Below are positions 13,501 to 28,500 of a stretch of 64,000 nt of DNA, one piece after another. How positions within the stretch are numbered: position 1 is the first letter of the stretch; the number at the start of each line of letters is the position of its first letter. Source of the DNA: Balanoglossus misakiensis. Its lineage: Eukaryota > Animalia > Hemichordata. The stretch is from contig CM082597.2 in the NCBI GenBank assembly GCA_040954595.2, forward strand, positions 62,001-126,000. The letters are read 5' to 3'. The notes below the pieces were generated by a model. It had not been told where the DNA came from, did no database searches, and worked only from the letters and a program-made list of their open reading frames with translations. Made by a program: the position numbers and the translations under genes.

Positions 13501-16500
13501 GATGATTAATTAACTGACCTTCTGGACAATCAAAGCATTCAGCCTGTCCTGTTATGTTGGTATAATAACCACCTTCACATCTCTTTGGAGCTGGTGAGCC
13601 TTCGGGACAGTAATGACCCTTTGGGCAAATGTTTCCAGTAACATCATCAGTTGGATATTTCGTATATGCTGCACCAGTACAGTAGTAACCTAACAACAAA
13701 GGAATTAAACTCAATGACTTAATGTAAAGGAAAAGATGACAAAGTTCATAGTTTTACGTGGCTTGTTAAAATAGAAACCATGCGACATGACAAGAAACAT
13801 GACATGACAAGATATAAAGATGGAATATGACTATAACCTCTAAAACATGGAGGAACAAAATATTTTTGTCACTTGAAGATAGGATATAATTATGTGGCAT
13901 GGAGACATGAAGTGTGTGCATCTCATACAAGATTTATTGCACAGATTTTCAGTCCAATTAACGGAATGAGATTGAAGAATATAATTTTGTTATAGCTACA
14001 TGCAATGCTTGTAGTTAATGTTTATGGTTGCTTAAAAATCAAAGTAGGCATACCAGGTGCACATAGGCCTGATGAACCAACCAATGCCATTCCTTCACAG
14101 ACTTCACCAGGTGGACAGTCTAAACAATCACTTTCAGCTTTAGCTCCTGTTACATTGTTATAAGTACCATTTCCACATGGGTATGTATAGGGACCTGGTG
14201 TACCAGCTGGACAGAAATAACCTACTGGACATACATCTCCCATACCACTCTCCCATGTCTGAAATAATTCAATACATTTATCAGTTGTCATGTAACAGAG
14301 TACCAGAGTCAGGCAGGGATTAAGTTCAATGGACAGCTATGTACATGTATGTAGATAACAAATAATATGTGCATAACAAATAATAATCATTCATGAGGCT
14401 ACGTTAAACATAGCTCCTGAAACCATGGGTTCAAAGCGACACACTGACTCAAAATCTGTTCATCTGGACAATATTTTATTATAAATGGACAGTGAACACA
14501 CCAGCATTGCAACAAGCCTTCAAAGGTTTGCTATAAAGAATAATCATTTGAACAACTTACAGGTGTTGTTGTGTTGGAGCCTTCAAAACAGTAATAACCT
14601 GCTGTACAATCTCCACTCGGGGCTTCCAAACCAACAGATCCACAATATTCACCAGCAGGACAGATGTCACATTGAGACAGTTCTTGACGACCAGTATCAA
14701 ATACATAGGTTCCCTGAAAATATATTCAGTATGGTGTTAGTACATCTCTATTAATGACTTTCAGCTATACATTTAAATTCCAGATACCAGTTCATCAAAG
14801 CCCCATGGTACAAGACCTCAATGGAGGGGTGGGATTTGCATCTGTTCAACAAAAATGGCATCATTTCATGCAGGGATGGTAGCCCCTGGACAAATCGCTA
14901 GTGAATGTCAAAATATCAGAAGAGGTTGAACCACCTGATTACTCTGTCCAGATGAAACAATGCATCTGTACTGATTCATACTTTATTATTCTAATGTATT
15001 ATTGGTGTTCAGTGAGAATAATGATGTACTGACCCTTGGACATGGTGTAGGTGTTTCACTTCTTGGTGGACAATAATGACCACGATCACAGAGTATCTGA
15101 TCAACAGTACCAGTAGTCTCACAATAGTAGCCTTGTAGACAATCATTACAGGAAGATGACTTTGTTGCCTTCAGATAAAACCAAAAGTGTACAGATTAAT
15201 TACAAATAATGTGTGCCATAGATATGTATGTCAAAAATATGACATGCAACATGCCAGGGATCTATGAAAAAGAAAATCAGCCATGTTATATGCTTGACTT
15301 CCAAGTGAAAACATGCTACAAGTATGACATGTTATATCCATGAATGTAAGCTGACTTACAGTCTGATAAGTTCCTCTTGGACAAGGCTCAGGTTTATATG
15401 CTCCATCTAAAGTATAATGGCCAGCTGGTGTTTCATACTGAGTTGGCGTTCCAGAGCCTCCTACACAATAATAACCTGATTCACAAGGTCCTGTTGGTTC
15501 AGGATTGTTGTCACCTGCACAGTAGTAACTAGAAATGAAAATAATTATGACAAAGAATGTTTTAATCATCTTTGTTATCTGGTTATAAATTGGTGCAGTA
15601 GTTCTGCATAAATAGCCTTGGAAAGCGACACCTCTACAAGTTCCTCAAAAACATTATATCTGAGTCTGAGATCAACATCTTTACTGTAATCAAATTTGGT
15701 GCAGTAGTTCTGTGTAATTGCAATAGCATTGAGAGTTATGTCACATACATGAATAAAAAACTTCTGGCCTGGTCTATAAACTGCAGCAAATTGTTCTGAA
15801 TACAAAGACTTACCCTGGATCACATGCTATGCAATCTTCTAGTCTTTTAGAACCTGTTGAATTACTGTAAGTACCCAAAGCACAAGGTGCAGGCACAGCA
15901 GAACCCGCTGGACAGTAGCCACCTGCTGGACATAGACCTCCAGTTAAACCATCTGGTGGTGCCTAAAGATAAATTGAAACAACCATTAATTTTTGCTTCT
16001 TCTTCCATGATATGCAGCTGACTTATTTAAAGAGTTTGTGAGAACTTTGAATTTGTTTGAAGACAGACATGCGTTTGATGCTGTTGACACACATCGCTTG
16101 TGTTTCACTTACTGATGTTTCTGCTTTATATCTACAATAGAATCCCGCATCACAGACATCAGTGGGTTCAGTTCGTCCAAAACCATCACAGTAATAGCCA
16201 CCGGGACAAGCTGTACAGTCATCACTACGACGTAATCCAGTGGAATTACCATAAGTACCAGATGGACATGGTGATGGATATGTGCTTCCACTGACACAAA
16301 AATAACCCTGGGAAAGGTAACATTAATTAGTTCATGTAATAATACAAGTAAGCCTAACAGACTATACAGTCACACACTTCAGATTATGTTATAATGTACT
16401 TCACACACTGCTTTCCTCACATTTTATGTCGCAAATCAATGTGCAAGTTCCATTAGTATTAACCCTTTCGCCACCATGGTTCAGTCCAAATCCATTGTTT

Positions 16501-19500
16501 TCTATGGTAAGGTTGGAACTGAAAACAAAAGGTATCTACAGACTTGTTAAAAGAGATACAGAAGTTTCATGTGTTGGACTGAAAATGACTGACTTACCCT
16601 CTCACATTCTTTAGGCCATGGTAAACCCTTTTCATCACAATAATAGCCAGCAATACACTCTGTACAATCTTGGTAACTTTCTCCTGCACTTCCATTGAGA
16701 TAAAATCCAACAGGACATGGATACGTATCTGGCTCAGCAGTACCAATAGGACAATAATGACCAGCTGGACAGTCACCAGCCTGTAAGAAAGAAACATGTT
16801 GGTTAAAATTAATTGACCCAGCCGGCCAGCCTGATCCTTTTTAGATACAGATACTTGGTTCATGCCAATTTGACCAACCATTCAAAACAAGTGATTTCAA
16901 TTTTGCATGTTTACATTTTGTATGATCTGCGTCCCAGTTACAACACTTAAGTTTTGATAATAATACTACATGTACATTCAGGATCAAATCAAACTGTTAC
17001 TGGCATGTGACTGAGTGTACAAAATGAAATATTGATATGGACAGAAAAGGTTACTTACAGGTAAACTAAGTCCATCAGGGATACAATATTTACCAGCAGG
17101 ACATGCAATACAGTCAGACATTTGAACTGAGCCAACTTGATCAGTGTATGTGCCATTGGGACAAAGTCGTGGATATGCGTCCTACAAAGATATTTCAACA
17201 AATTTGAGCGCATGATTAGTAAAACTGCTGTGACTGTAAGATTATGACAGTTTAGCTGAACATATTTACATATCTCCAGGAAACAATCACTTTTCCATTT
17301 GGCCATCACAGATGTCAAAAGTGCATGACAAGAGCATTTCTTCAAGTTATGTAAGACAATATTAAAATAAGAAATTGGTCACCCAAATAGGCTAATTTTC
17401 ACAGTAAAAGTTGTCCAAAGTTAAAGAAATATGCCCTCATGTTCACACGTATTTAGGTAAATGTTCTATTCAGACCAATTCGGCACAATCAGAGGTTCTG
17501 ATGTTACAAGATATTTGACATAAATCTAACAACTGACCTGATCACCTCTCAGACAGTATCGTCCTGTTGGACAAGGATCAGAATCCAAATCAGGAGCTGT
17601 TGCTCTTCCCGCTTGGCACCACATTCCAGCTGGACACCACTTATCTTGAATCATGTCATCTTTACTTGTAGCATCACTGTTGCAATAAAAACCAGGCTCA
17701 CACAATGTACATTCTTCTGCTCCCCAATCCTAAATGAAAATGGTCACAGGTCAGAAAAGTCAGCTTTATAAGCATTACATAAATGTCTGTCTTCTTGTAG
17801 CAATCAACAGCAAATTCCCAAACATACTATTTAAAACTGTGATATATATGACTTACAGAATAATATGCCTTAGAGCATGGAGTTGGATCAGCATTTCCAG
17901 TGCCATTACAGTAGTATCCTGCCGTGCAGTTAAAACACTCATCCAAAATTTCACCTTCCAATTCATCACGGTATGTACCTCTGTAAATAAAAGTACCAAC
18001 ACAACCACAATTATCAACATCAACATCATCATAAAACATTTATATGAATTTTGTCCAAATCATCCTGATCCATAAACACACATGAACCAACACAATAAAA
18101 ATGACTTTAAGTTTTATATTTTGGTGGCTGTGACAGATCATGGACGTGCAGCCCTTGGGACGACACTACAAGTGCAGGCCGGGACACCTCACATTGACAC
18201 ATTCATCCTTACAATCTGTTTGGCAAATGTAATGACTCAGGCCATGGTGGCTTGAATTCACATCCTGGTATCCCATCCTGGGTTATGCATCATAAGTAAT
18301 ATCCTATAAAACCATATAATTATAAGGAGAATAGGTTTCTATCTAGAAGACCCCAGAGAGAAGAAAAGCCAATTTGTACTCACGCTGGACAAGGCGTTGG
18401 TAATGATGAACCTTGTGGACAATAATGCCCTTCTGAACATGGTTCACATACTTCCCATCTAACATTTCCTTCTCTGTTGGAAAATGTCCCTGCACGGCAC
18501 GGATATTGAGTATCCCATTGAGTACCTGATAATGCAATCAAATGAAAACAGTTTATTCAGGATCTTAAATAGACAGCCAGCATCAAAGGAATAAAAAAAG
18601 AACATGCATATAATATCAAGCAATCAGATTAATGTACACAGTCCATAAGACCATGGGATAACGACCACTTGAGTTATTAATTTTTGCTCTTTTGAACAAT
18701 TTACCAGGTGAACAATAACAACATCAAACATCAGCTTGCTTTCAGATTAAGTAATGAGTGTGATAATCATGACAATTAAGCAATTCATTCACCAGGGAAA
18801 AAATAATTTGTATGACAATTCTTCCAACTTACCAGGGGGACAGTAATGACCAGTTGGGCAAATATCAGTAGGTTCTGTTGAGCCTTCAAGACAGAAATAA
18901 CCTTTTGTGCATTCATAACAGTCAGCATAACTCTCCAAATTGGTGAGATTGCTGTAAGTCCCAGCTGGACATGGATGTTGTTCAGGATATTCTGTTCCTT
19001 CTGGGCAATAATGACCAGGAGCGCATGGTTCAGGTGGTCTGTTAATACCACCAGTTGCTGTAAATGGATCAGAGGTTTGAATTTGTTTCATTTTCTACCT
19101 GTAATGTTACAGTACACAGTCACATTATAACACAAATAGTTGTGGTATTATAACTTCATGTAACTTTGATAAATCAATAATACATATTGTTATATTCTTT
19201 TGATTTGTGAATAACACCAGAGAAGTGATTTTCATGGCTGCTTGTGAACTCACCCAGCAAACACGCCACTCCAGCAGGACAAGTGTCACACTGATAAGGT
19301 GCAGTCAAGTTATGATAATTAGTATAAGTCCCAGCTGGACATCCTTGGGCGATATCATCAGGACTACTGCTACCTTCAGCACAATAATATCTAAAAAGAA
19401 ATCACATGTACACAAATCAGTTAAAAGGGCATGATGGCACTTGGTTTCCCTTTTGGTCATACTGCCTGGTTACCTGCTAAGTCAAATTGCCCCACTGATA

Positions 19501-22500
19501 ACCAGGAACAAACATGCATATATTAAATTTGTTTCCTTTCTATCACACACTCTAAACACTATTGGCAAATTACGTTTTGGTCATTACTTACTCAGGATCA
19601 CATTTCTTACCTGGAGTCATGTTATTTACTCCACATCACATTAGTGTGTGATCCAGTGGCTAGACAGTGTTATCAGAAATGTGAGGGGTTCAACCCCAAT
19701 GAATCCCACAAAGTGAAATATTGTAGTACTTACCCAGGATCACAGGCAAAGTCTGGTTCCGACAAAGCAGGCTTTGTACATGCCCAACCAGCAATACATG
19801 GTTTACAGTCAGAGGAATCATCTTGGCCCACTTTGTTGTTGTATGTTCCTGCCAGACATGCCAAGGGAGTATCAACACCAGCTGGACAGTAGTAACCTGA
19901 TGGACAAGGCTTACATTGCTCTTGTGCTGTAAGTAATGACATGGTGATATTGTGTTATTGTAACATGCAATTCTATTTTCTCCTTCATTCTCTGCAAATC
20001 ACAGGACACAGCATGAGCATAAGGTGAGCTTTAATAAAATAAAGTTGATCCAGTCTGTGTGTGGGTATTTCCTAGTAAATGTCAACAACATTACCCGTGG
20101 CTCCTTCTTCTTCGGTAAAAGTCCCTGCAGGGCAATCTGTCGGGTTTCCTACATCTGCCTCAGGACAATAATGACCTTTGGGACATGCTCTGCCACTGGC
20201 ACTTCCTATCAATTAAATTAAATTGTCAATAAAACTAAAAATTGGAACACTCAGCGTTTCACTTATAGATTCTTTATGGAACATTCAGAATTAAGACAGG
20301 ATCTCTTGTGGGTTCCTCATAGAGAGAAAGTAGAATTATGAGTTCACATTCAGTGAGTTTGCTGCATTTAGAAAACAATTTTGTTTATCCTAATGATTCA
20401 CATCACTTCAGTGATACACTAAATGAACCATGGTAAAATGATTCAGAAAGTTCCAGTAACATTCATGTAAGCATCGCCACTGACACTTACCAGTTGGACA
20501 GTATTTTCCAGCTGGACAGTTAACACAATCCTCGATTCTAGCTTTACCAAGATCATCATTGTATGTGCCAGCATTACATGGATATTCTGTAGCAACTGTT
20601 GTACCTTCTGGACAGTAATGACCACGAGGACATATATATTCATTTCCTGGTGGACCCACTGTAGCATCTGGGCAATAGAACCCTGAGACAAAAACAAATA
20701 TGAAAGTTTATTAAGACATGCTTGAGGAATGACTGTGGATCTGCAAGACTGTTATTTAAACCACCTTGAAGAAGCTGATTCAAAGTATATCCACACAAAA
20801 GCTAGCCAATGAATGAGTCATTATTCAATCATGTAATGAGTAATCTTCACAGGACATGGATTTTGATGAAATTGATAAGATACCTTGGGGACATGTTCCA
20901 CAACCTTCATCTTCAGTTGTTGCACCTGTTCTGTTGCCATAGGTACCAGCCGGACACGGCAATTCATTCAAGCCATCCTCGCAATAGTAACCTTGAAATC
21001 AGAAATTCATCAGAAAAGTAACTTACTATTTATTAAATATTAGGTCATCATCTATCATCCAATAGCAATTTGATCATCATAAAATATGTCATCATGAATC
21101 ATACTATCATTTAACAGAAATCATAATTTTGATGATAATATAAGATACCTCTCAGCACTGCAGAATGAACAAGATAAACATTTAACAGCCAAATACAACA
21201 GCAATGTGTCCCAGATTCCAAAATCACACAATGCCTTTACAGTCACACACTACCACTGACATTACCTTGACTACATAATCCTAACGTTGGTGTCCGACTT
21301 GAACTTCCTTCAGGACAGGCATAGCCAGCAGAACATTCTGAACATGCTATAGATGACTTGTTACTATAGAAACCAATATCACACAGTAATGGCTCAGCAT
21401 CGACTTGAGGACAATAGAATCCAGCTGGACATGGCGTACATTCTGTTTGTGATCCTAAGCTATAATATCCTGCATCGCAATTTTCCGGAGCAGAGTTGGT
21501 ACTTGGACATGCTTGTCCAGCGGGACAAAGAGTACAATCCTGTCATGGAAAACAATGCACAGAGAAATTTATCAATTAAATGTTTGCTGAAAGTAATGAT
21601 TGTTTTTTTCATCAATAAGACATCAAATCAGGTCCAATAATCAATATCATTCAATGTAAGCTAAATACCACATCAAAAATGATGAAAATTTATAGTTTAA
21701 TTCTTAAGGCAACAGCTGCATAATATTCAACTGTTAGTGTATAGCATACTTCTCCAATTCATATCTGTAATGTAACAGTAAATAAGAAATTAATTTAAAG
21801 ATCTGTATTCTACTTACTGTAGCACCAGCCAAGGCATAACTTCCAGGCCAGCATGTAAACATAAAACTGTCTGATTTGGATGGACATGAATAACCAGATG
21901 GACATTCTGTGCACTCCTTCTGACCTCCAATACTATAGTAACCATCGCTACATTCAGTTTCTGTTGCTGCATCTGTGTTTGGACATTCGTAGCCAGGTGG
22001 ACATTTTGTACAACTCTGAAACACATAACATCATAAAAATAGTATCCATTACATTGTAATGGATTTTGACATTTGTACAGGCATAGCTGACCACGTGATG
22101 ATAATTCAAAACAAACCTTAGTCCAGTTAAATTTTAATATTTTCACTTAGCCACCTTCATAGTGTTTTGCTATTCCAATGACTTTTTTTTCTGCCCAGTC
22201 ACATGCTCACAGAAATGCATATAAAAATCTCATAAATTCACACAAAGTTTCTAAAAAAACATTGGTTCAGCTAAAAGTATCTGTTGTTACACATTGAGAA
22301 CCACTGGTTTTAGTAAAGTTCCTTACAGTTTGTGATCCCACGGAATAGTAGCCCTCTTGACATTCTATCATATCACCAGTATCTGTTTGTGGACATGCAA
22401 AACCTGCAGGGCAGTCTGTACACTCAGTAGCATTTCCTGTGGAATATGTACCCTGTAAAAACAAAAGAATAGCTTGCTCACAGATGACAGTTAAACTATT

Positions 22501-25500
22501 TTGTAGGAGGCATCATAGTCTAGTGGTTAGATCAGTTGAGTCATGGTTGTGGGTTTGTGGGTTCGAGCCCAGGCATGGGTATGGTGAGGTGTCCTTGAGC
22601 AAAGCGCTTTAGTTCTCATTGCTTCTCCCCACCCAGGAGTAATGGGTACCTGGTAGGACAGAGATTGTAATGCGTTTGTTTAGCTCAGTTGCACTGATAG
22701 TGATATGATGGCTGCACAAGTGAGCTATTGTTTGCTCCCCAGGGAGTTGAATGGAATAAATAGGTCCAATGACCAGGGGAATAATTGTAAAGCACACTGA
22801 GACGTATTTTGTAATGGACTATATAAGAAATCAATATTATCATTAGTAATAACATTTTATGGAGAAGTAGAGAAAGTTGTCCTAGAAGCACGAAGTGTAC
22901 ACAACACAAAAATAGTCAGGACTGAAAAGAGCTTACCAATAGACAAGGAGCATTGCCACTGCCATCTGCACTTGGACATTTCCAACCAGCTGGACAACTA
23001 ACACATGAACTGTATGCAAGGTAAGAATAGGTACCACTGCTACATGATCCAATTGTTGCAGTCTCTGTATCAGGACAATATTTCCCTGCTGGACATGCAG
23101 TGCAATATGATGCACCACTTTCTGCATAGGTACCTGTATGATAGAAGAAAAATGTTCAGATATATGAAGTTCAACATAACACCAATATGCCAATAGTGGC
23201 CTTTTTCATTTCAAACTTCCACAATGAATGAGATAGATTATTCAAAGACAAGAGCTCTTTATTAGCCATGTCACACATCCGATATTTTGTATTGTTAAAA
23301 GTGATTTGTACTGTTGGAGATATTTATTACCTGGTAGACATTCGTATTTGGCTGTAGGATCAGTGGTTGATGGACAAGCTTCACCAGCACTACATTCAGT
23401 ACATGATGGTGATTTTACTGCTGCATAAGATCCTGGTAAACATGGAGTGGGTGCTGAATCAGTGGTGGGACATTCATAACCAGCTGGGCAGTCAGTACAT
23501 GATGTAGCCATATCAAGACTGTATGTTCCTGATGAACAACTTTGTGGTGCCAGACTTAAATATAAAAAGCAAAGAAAACCAACCATTATGTCTTGGACAT
23601 GGTGTCAATGATCAACATTATCTGGGGTAATTATAGGAGTAGAAATTGTGCTGATATTATGGTCACCTAATGCAAATTTATCTATAGTTACCAAGGAAAG
23701 TTGAGATCTATCCAATCACAGATTCTTGCATGGTGGCGACAAAAAAGGTGTGCCAGCAAACGGTTATTCAAAGACTTAGATACACCCTTTTAACCATATG
23801 TGGGCATACATTAAAGAGTGATGAACCATATTTGACTTCTGACCAAGTAGGATTGTCTTTGCATTACTTACGCAGGATCAGAACAATACTGACCAGCAGT
23901 ACAATTTGTACATGTGGTCTGTAATGTCAATCCATTAGTGTGTTGTCCAGCAGCACATGGAATGGGTTGTTGGTCAGTGGCAGGACACATATAACCTTTA
24001 GGACAGTCTGTACATCCTTGCTGACCAACTGAACTGTACTGACCAACTGTGCAATCAGACAAACTGACATTGGAGTAGGTACAGTCTTTGCCTGAGGGAC
24101 AGATGTGACACTGTACATCACCCTAAAATGAAATGCACAAAGTTAAATTTAGTAATAGTCTATTCTAATAACAAGACACATACCATGACAAACCCTGTAC
24201 CTATTGCAGCATGACATCTAATTGCAAAAAAGCAAGCTGTTCTAATTTCTGTTGTATACAACTCATTTTTGATGTACATACCAATTCACTATAGTATCCA
24301 GCATCACAGTTTTGTGGGGTATTACCAGGATTAATACAGGACTGACCAGCCGGACAATCACTACAGCTGTCTTGCCCTGCGGTAGAATACTGACCAAGAG
24401 GACATGGTTGTGGTGGCTGAGATGTGTCTGAGCAGTAGAACCCCCCTGCACAATCTGTACATGCAACAACCTTCAAGAAGAAAAAACAAACAAATTAAGT
24501 TTTATGTAAGTTTGATGCAAGTTGTTTCTTTGCAGGAATACTTTCCCCAAAAAGATAACAATAAAATTGTAATGATTCTGACCATGTATAATTGACAACT
24601 GCCCACTTTATGGCCCAGAAGAGATGAAGATGTTTTGGTGATAATGCATAATTTTAGCACTGACCTGTCCACCTAAGCTGTAGAATCCAGGATCACATGC
24701 TTCAGGGCTGACACTTGGATCAAGACACGAACTTCCAGCCGGACAATTGCTACAATATTCTGCTTCAGCATCACTGTAGGTACCTAAGGAAATCAACAAT
24801 AACAGTACTATTATTAAGAAAATCAATCATTGTATGATGTCAAGGTATTGTTAGTCGTTTTTCCATTTGGCTCTTGCCAATATGCTGGCAGTATGAAAGA
24901 AATTTAATGACCCTCATCACCAGGCAATACATGTGTTCATTATAGTTTTACTAACCTGAGGGGCATGGAGTACAAAGTCCTGCTGCCTGTGGTGCATAAT
25001 ATCCAGATTGACAAGCAGTTGGTTGGATTGGTGTGGATCCATTCAGACATTGATGACCAGATGGACACAATTGACAGGATGCAGCAGCTTCATCACTCCA
25101 TTCACCTTCTGGACAGGGCTATCAAATAAATCAGTGTGTTACAAGAAGCATGTCAGTTGAAATTTACTTTAAAAAACCCTTTACCACTGTCTAAATAGCT
25201 AGCTTGATTCAAATAATTGAATGGTATTTTATTGTTATCGACCACATACTTTATCATTTATCACACTGAGTGGCAACAAATACGCAATTTGTACCTTGGC
25301 ACAAAGTAGCAAAAATCACTTCACAATAAGAGTTATTGATTCTAATCATTTAATTTGTAACCAAGCCAACTTGTTTGGGTCAAGTGGAAGTTTTGCACTT
25401 ACTGTACAGCCAATTTGTCCAGCCAAACTGTAAAATCCAGCCGCACACGTTACAGGGGTCATATCTACAGCATAACAGGAATAACCAGGTGGACATTGAT

Positions 25501-28500
25501 AACATGTTGATTGTCCTTCATCTGTTTGATATGTACCATCTGAACACTGGACAGGATCAAACAATGGGGATGGACACTTTGCCCCGGCTGGACATGGGAC
25601 ACAAGCTGTACCATTAGAATATTCACCAACCTACATAGGAGAAATCAATCAGAAAATTCTAAGATTATCACTTGGCAGCAGAATAATGCACAGACCCAGT
25701 CTCGGCCATTATATTCCGTGTTAGGGTTAGGGTTGCTCATCAGCTTTGGATAATACCGGATTGTGTTTACTGGTGGCAGTCAGTGATAATACTTACTTGG
25801 CATAAGGATGGAGCAGCCGTTGGATCTCCACATGACTGACCGGCCGGACAAGTGTAACATGTATCTGAACCAGCAGGGGAATACTGTTTATGGAAATAAT
25901 TAAAATACATGTCATTAATCATGGATTTCATTGATTGATGCAGGAAATTTCATTAGTTACAAAATCTACAATACATCCTAAGAATAAAACACACAAGTAT
26001 GACTACTGGAAATCTTCAAATGATGTTGAGGAAAGAAAATCAAAGCATATTAGTAGTTTGTCTTCACAATAATCAAACAAGGTACTAACTACATATCACA
26101 AACTACAAAAGAATAACAACAGTGGGACGTATCAACAAACTAAAGGGTTAACTGGTTACCTGAAATCTTTCTAAAATTGAGAAAAATATTTACAACAACA
26201 AACTGTCCATATGTAAATATTGCAAACACTGAAGGATATTTCTGTTGATACAATCAAAATTGCTAATGGATTTGATTGTGGTCGGTACTTTGACAAATTT
26301 AACATTGGGATTAATTGCTCTAGATGTGGCAGACATGCACCACAAAATGTTGTAATTGATTTGGTTTTTGTCAAAAGGGGTTTATATTTTAAATCTGGGA
26401 AGGCTTACAAGACATTTTGAATGTTAGCTAGTTATTTCTATTCTATCATGCAATTCTTTCTATTGACATACTACCACTACTACGAGATGTTAGGAATTAA
26501 AATCATGTATTAGTAATTTTCAAACATACACACACCTAAACTACTTATATTTATTACAAGTAATTAATAATCTGTTCTTAATATTACTGACAAATACATA
26601 GTGTATACCTCTCTCGTCTGGTGTAAAGTTTCCATAATATCAATGTGTCGATGAAAACAAGGATAAGTGTGCAATGAAACAGTGTTAGATGGAAATGAAA
26701 AATGAAAGTTGTCAACATTAACAAAACATGCAAATTATTAAAAATGACAAGTGCCATGCACATGCAAGGATTTGCATAACATATCACATTTTTTATGTTC
26801 TCAGAACACACACGTAATTTGGCAACACAGTGAAGACATGTTGGTTCTTCTGTTGTAATGTGTTATAATGCTGTCAACCAGGTAATTATTGAAAATATCA
26901 CTAATACATATATAACAGGTAACATGAGATGGTGAGATGAAGCTCTCTGGGTGATATTAAAATTTGAAATTATAAGTTGCACCAAGCTCTCTGGGTGATA
27001 TTAAAATTTGAAATTATAAGTTGCACCAACATTTCAACAATCGACAAAGTGTACTCTCCACAATACAACACATCATTACTACATTAATTAGTATTACACA
27101 AAATTGAAGTTATCGTTGATATAATTGTATTATTATTAAGACAACGATCAATTCTGTCTCTTCAAAACACAGTCAAAGATTCACACTTGCAAAACAGTTA
27201 TTGTAGTCTCACAAATGGAACTGCATAGTCCTGCATTTTGTCCCACTGTATTAAATAAATAATATGGAATTATAAAATATATGCAAACGAATGTATTATT
27301 GCATACGAGGAAGCACATCTACATGTATTACATTTAAAACCAGAAAAACTTACAGCGCCAACTCCGCACTCAATGGGTAATGCATCCTTCACTGGACATT
27401 TGTATCCGGCTGGACACTGGTTACAGTTAACTGTGCCAGTTGTTGTTGTGTAGTAACCAGAGGAACACTAAACAAATAAACATAAACAATATTATCAACT
27501 TCATCCAATACATTGGGTACACAAGTGTGTGTCTAGCAAAAGTTCTCTTAACAACTCTCATAATTGCTTCCTGCTGATTTTACCATCAATAATTTAAAGA
27601 ATACATAGAAGGCATTTACATGATTAAGAATGACATCTGTACACAAAAATATTGACATTTTTGGGAGCAATTTACCTAATTTACCAATCATCACCAGATT
27701 GATGCCTTTGTTTTTAAGAACTTATCAAAGCCAAAAATAGGGAAAGTTTTCATTGAACCAACTATACTGCTGATTTACAATTTAGCAACAAAAAATTGAA
27801 ACTACTCACAGCATTACATTCAGTAGATCCTGTTTGATCAGCATAATATCCAGCACTACATGGCTCTGGGTCAACTGTTGCATCAGGACAGCGATGACCT
27901 TTTAAAAATATAATAGGAAAACCAAGTAGTTGGTATTATGTGATAAAGCCATTGATTAACCAGGTAGTACTGTATTTGTATCAATTCTGGTCATTTACGA
28001 ATTCTGTTAATAATTAGTTCCTGTCAACTCTGAGGTCCCATCATCAGATCAGTTCCTGTCATCTATCCACAACACTGTTAAGATAATTCCATTTAGCCAC
28101 AACTAGTATATCTTGTCAACAAAAGAAATGCAATACTAATCTCACCTGTAGGACATTCAGTGCAGTTAGCATTACCAGTTGTATTTGCATACCATCCTGA
28201 TGGACAGACAGATATTGAATCTGTTGGTGGTTCTGGACAGAAATATCCCTTTGGACATGATGAACAAGATGTACTGCCAGCTGTAGCATATTCACCTGCA
28301 CTACAACTTACTGGCTCTGCTGACTTTGTTGGACATCTGCATTGAAACATCAAATTTTAATGAATCGTAAGTCAACTCAAATCCCGAGCCAAACAAAAAA
28401 TGAATTATTCACTGCAGTGAGGAAGATATTTTCATTTGTAAAATAAATCCCAAAACAAACATCACATATTTAGATGCACTGTACTGAAAAATGATATGGC

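Noticed and set aside
15575-15823. 82-aa intronic ORF with a ~20-bp direct repeat (TTGGTGCAGTAGTTCTG)
   Set aside because: Lacks the Cys-repeat grammar of the host exons and any recognisable family; probably a local duplication.
22506-22580. Possible tRNA gene
   Set aside because: A and B boxes are present but there is no good cloverleaf or anticodon arm, and it continues into SINE core and tail.
25721-25734. TTAGGG repeats
   Set aside because: Only two copies; not a telomeric array.
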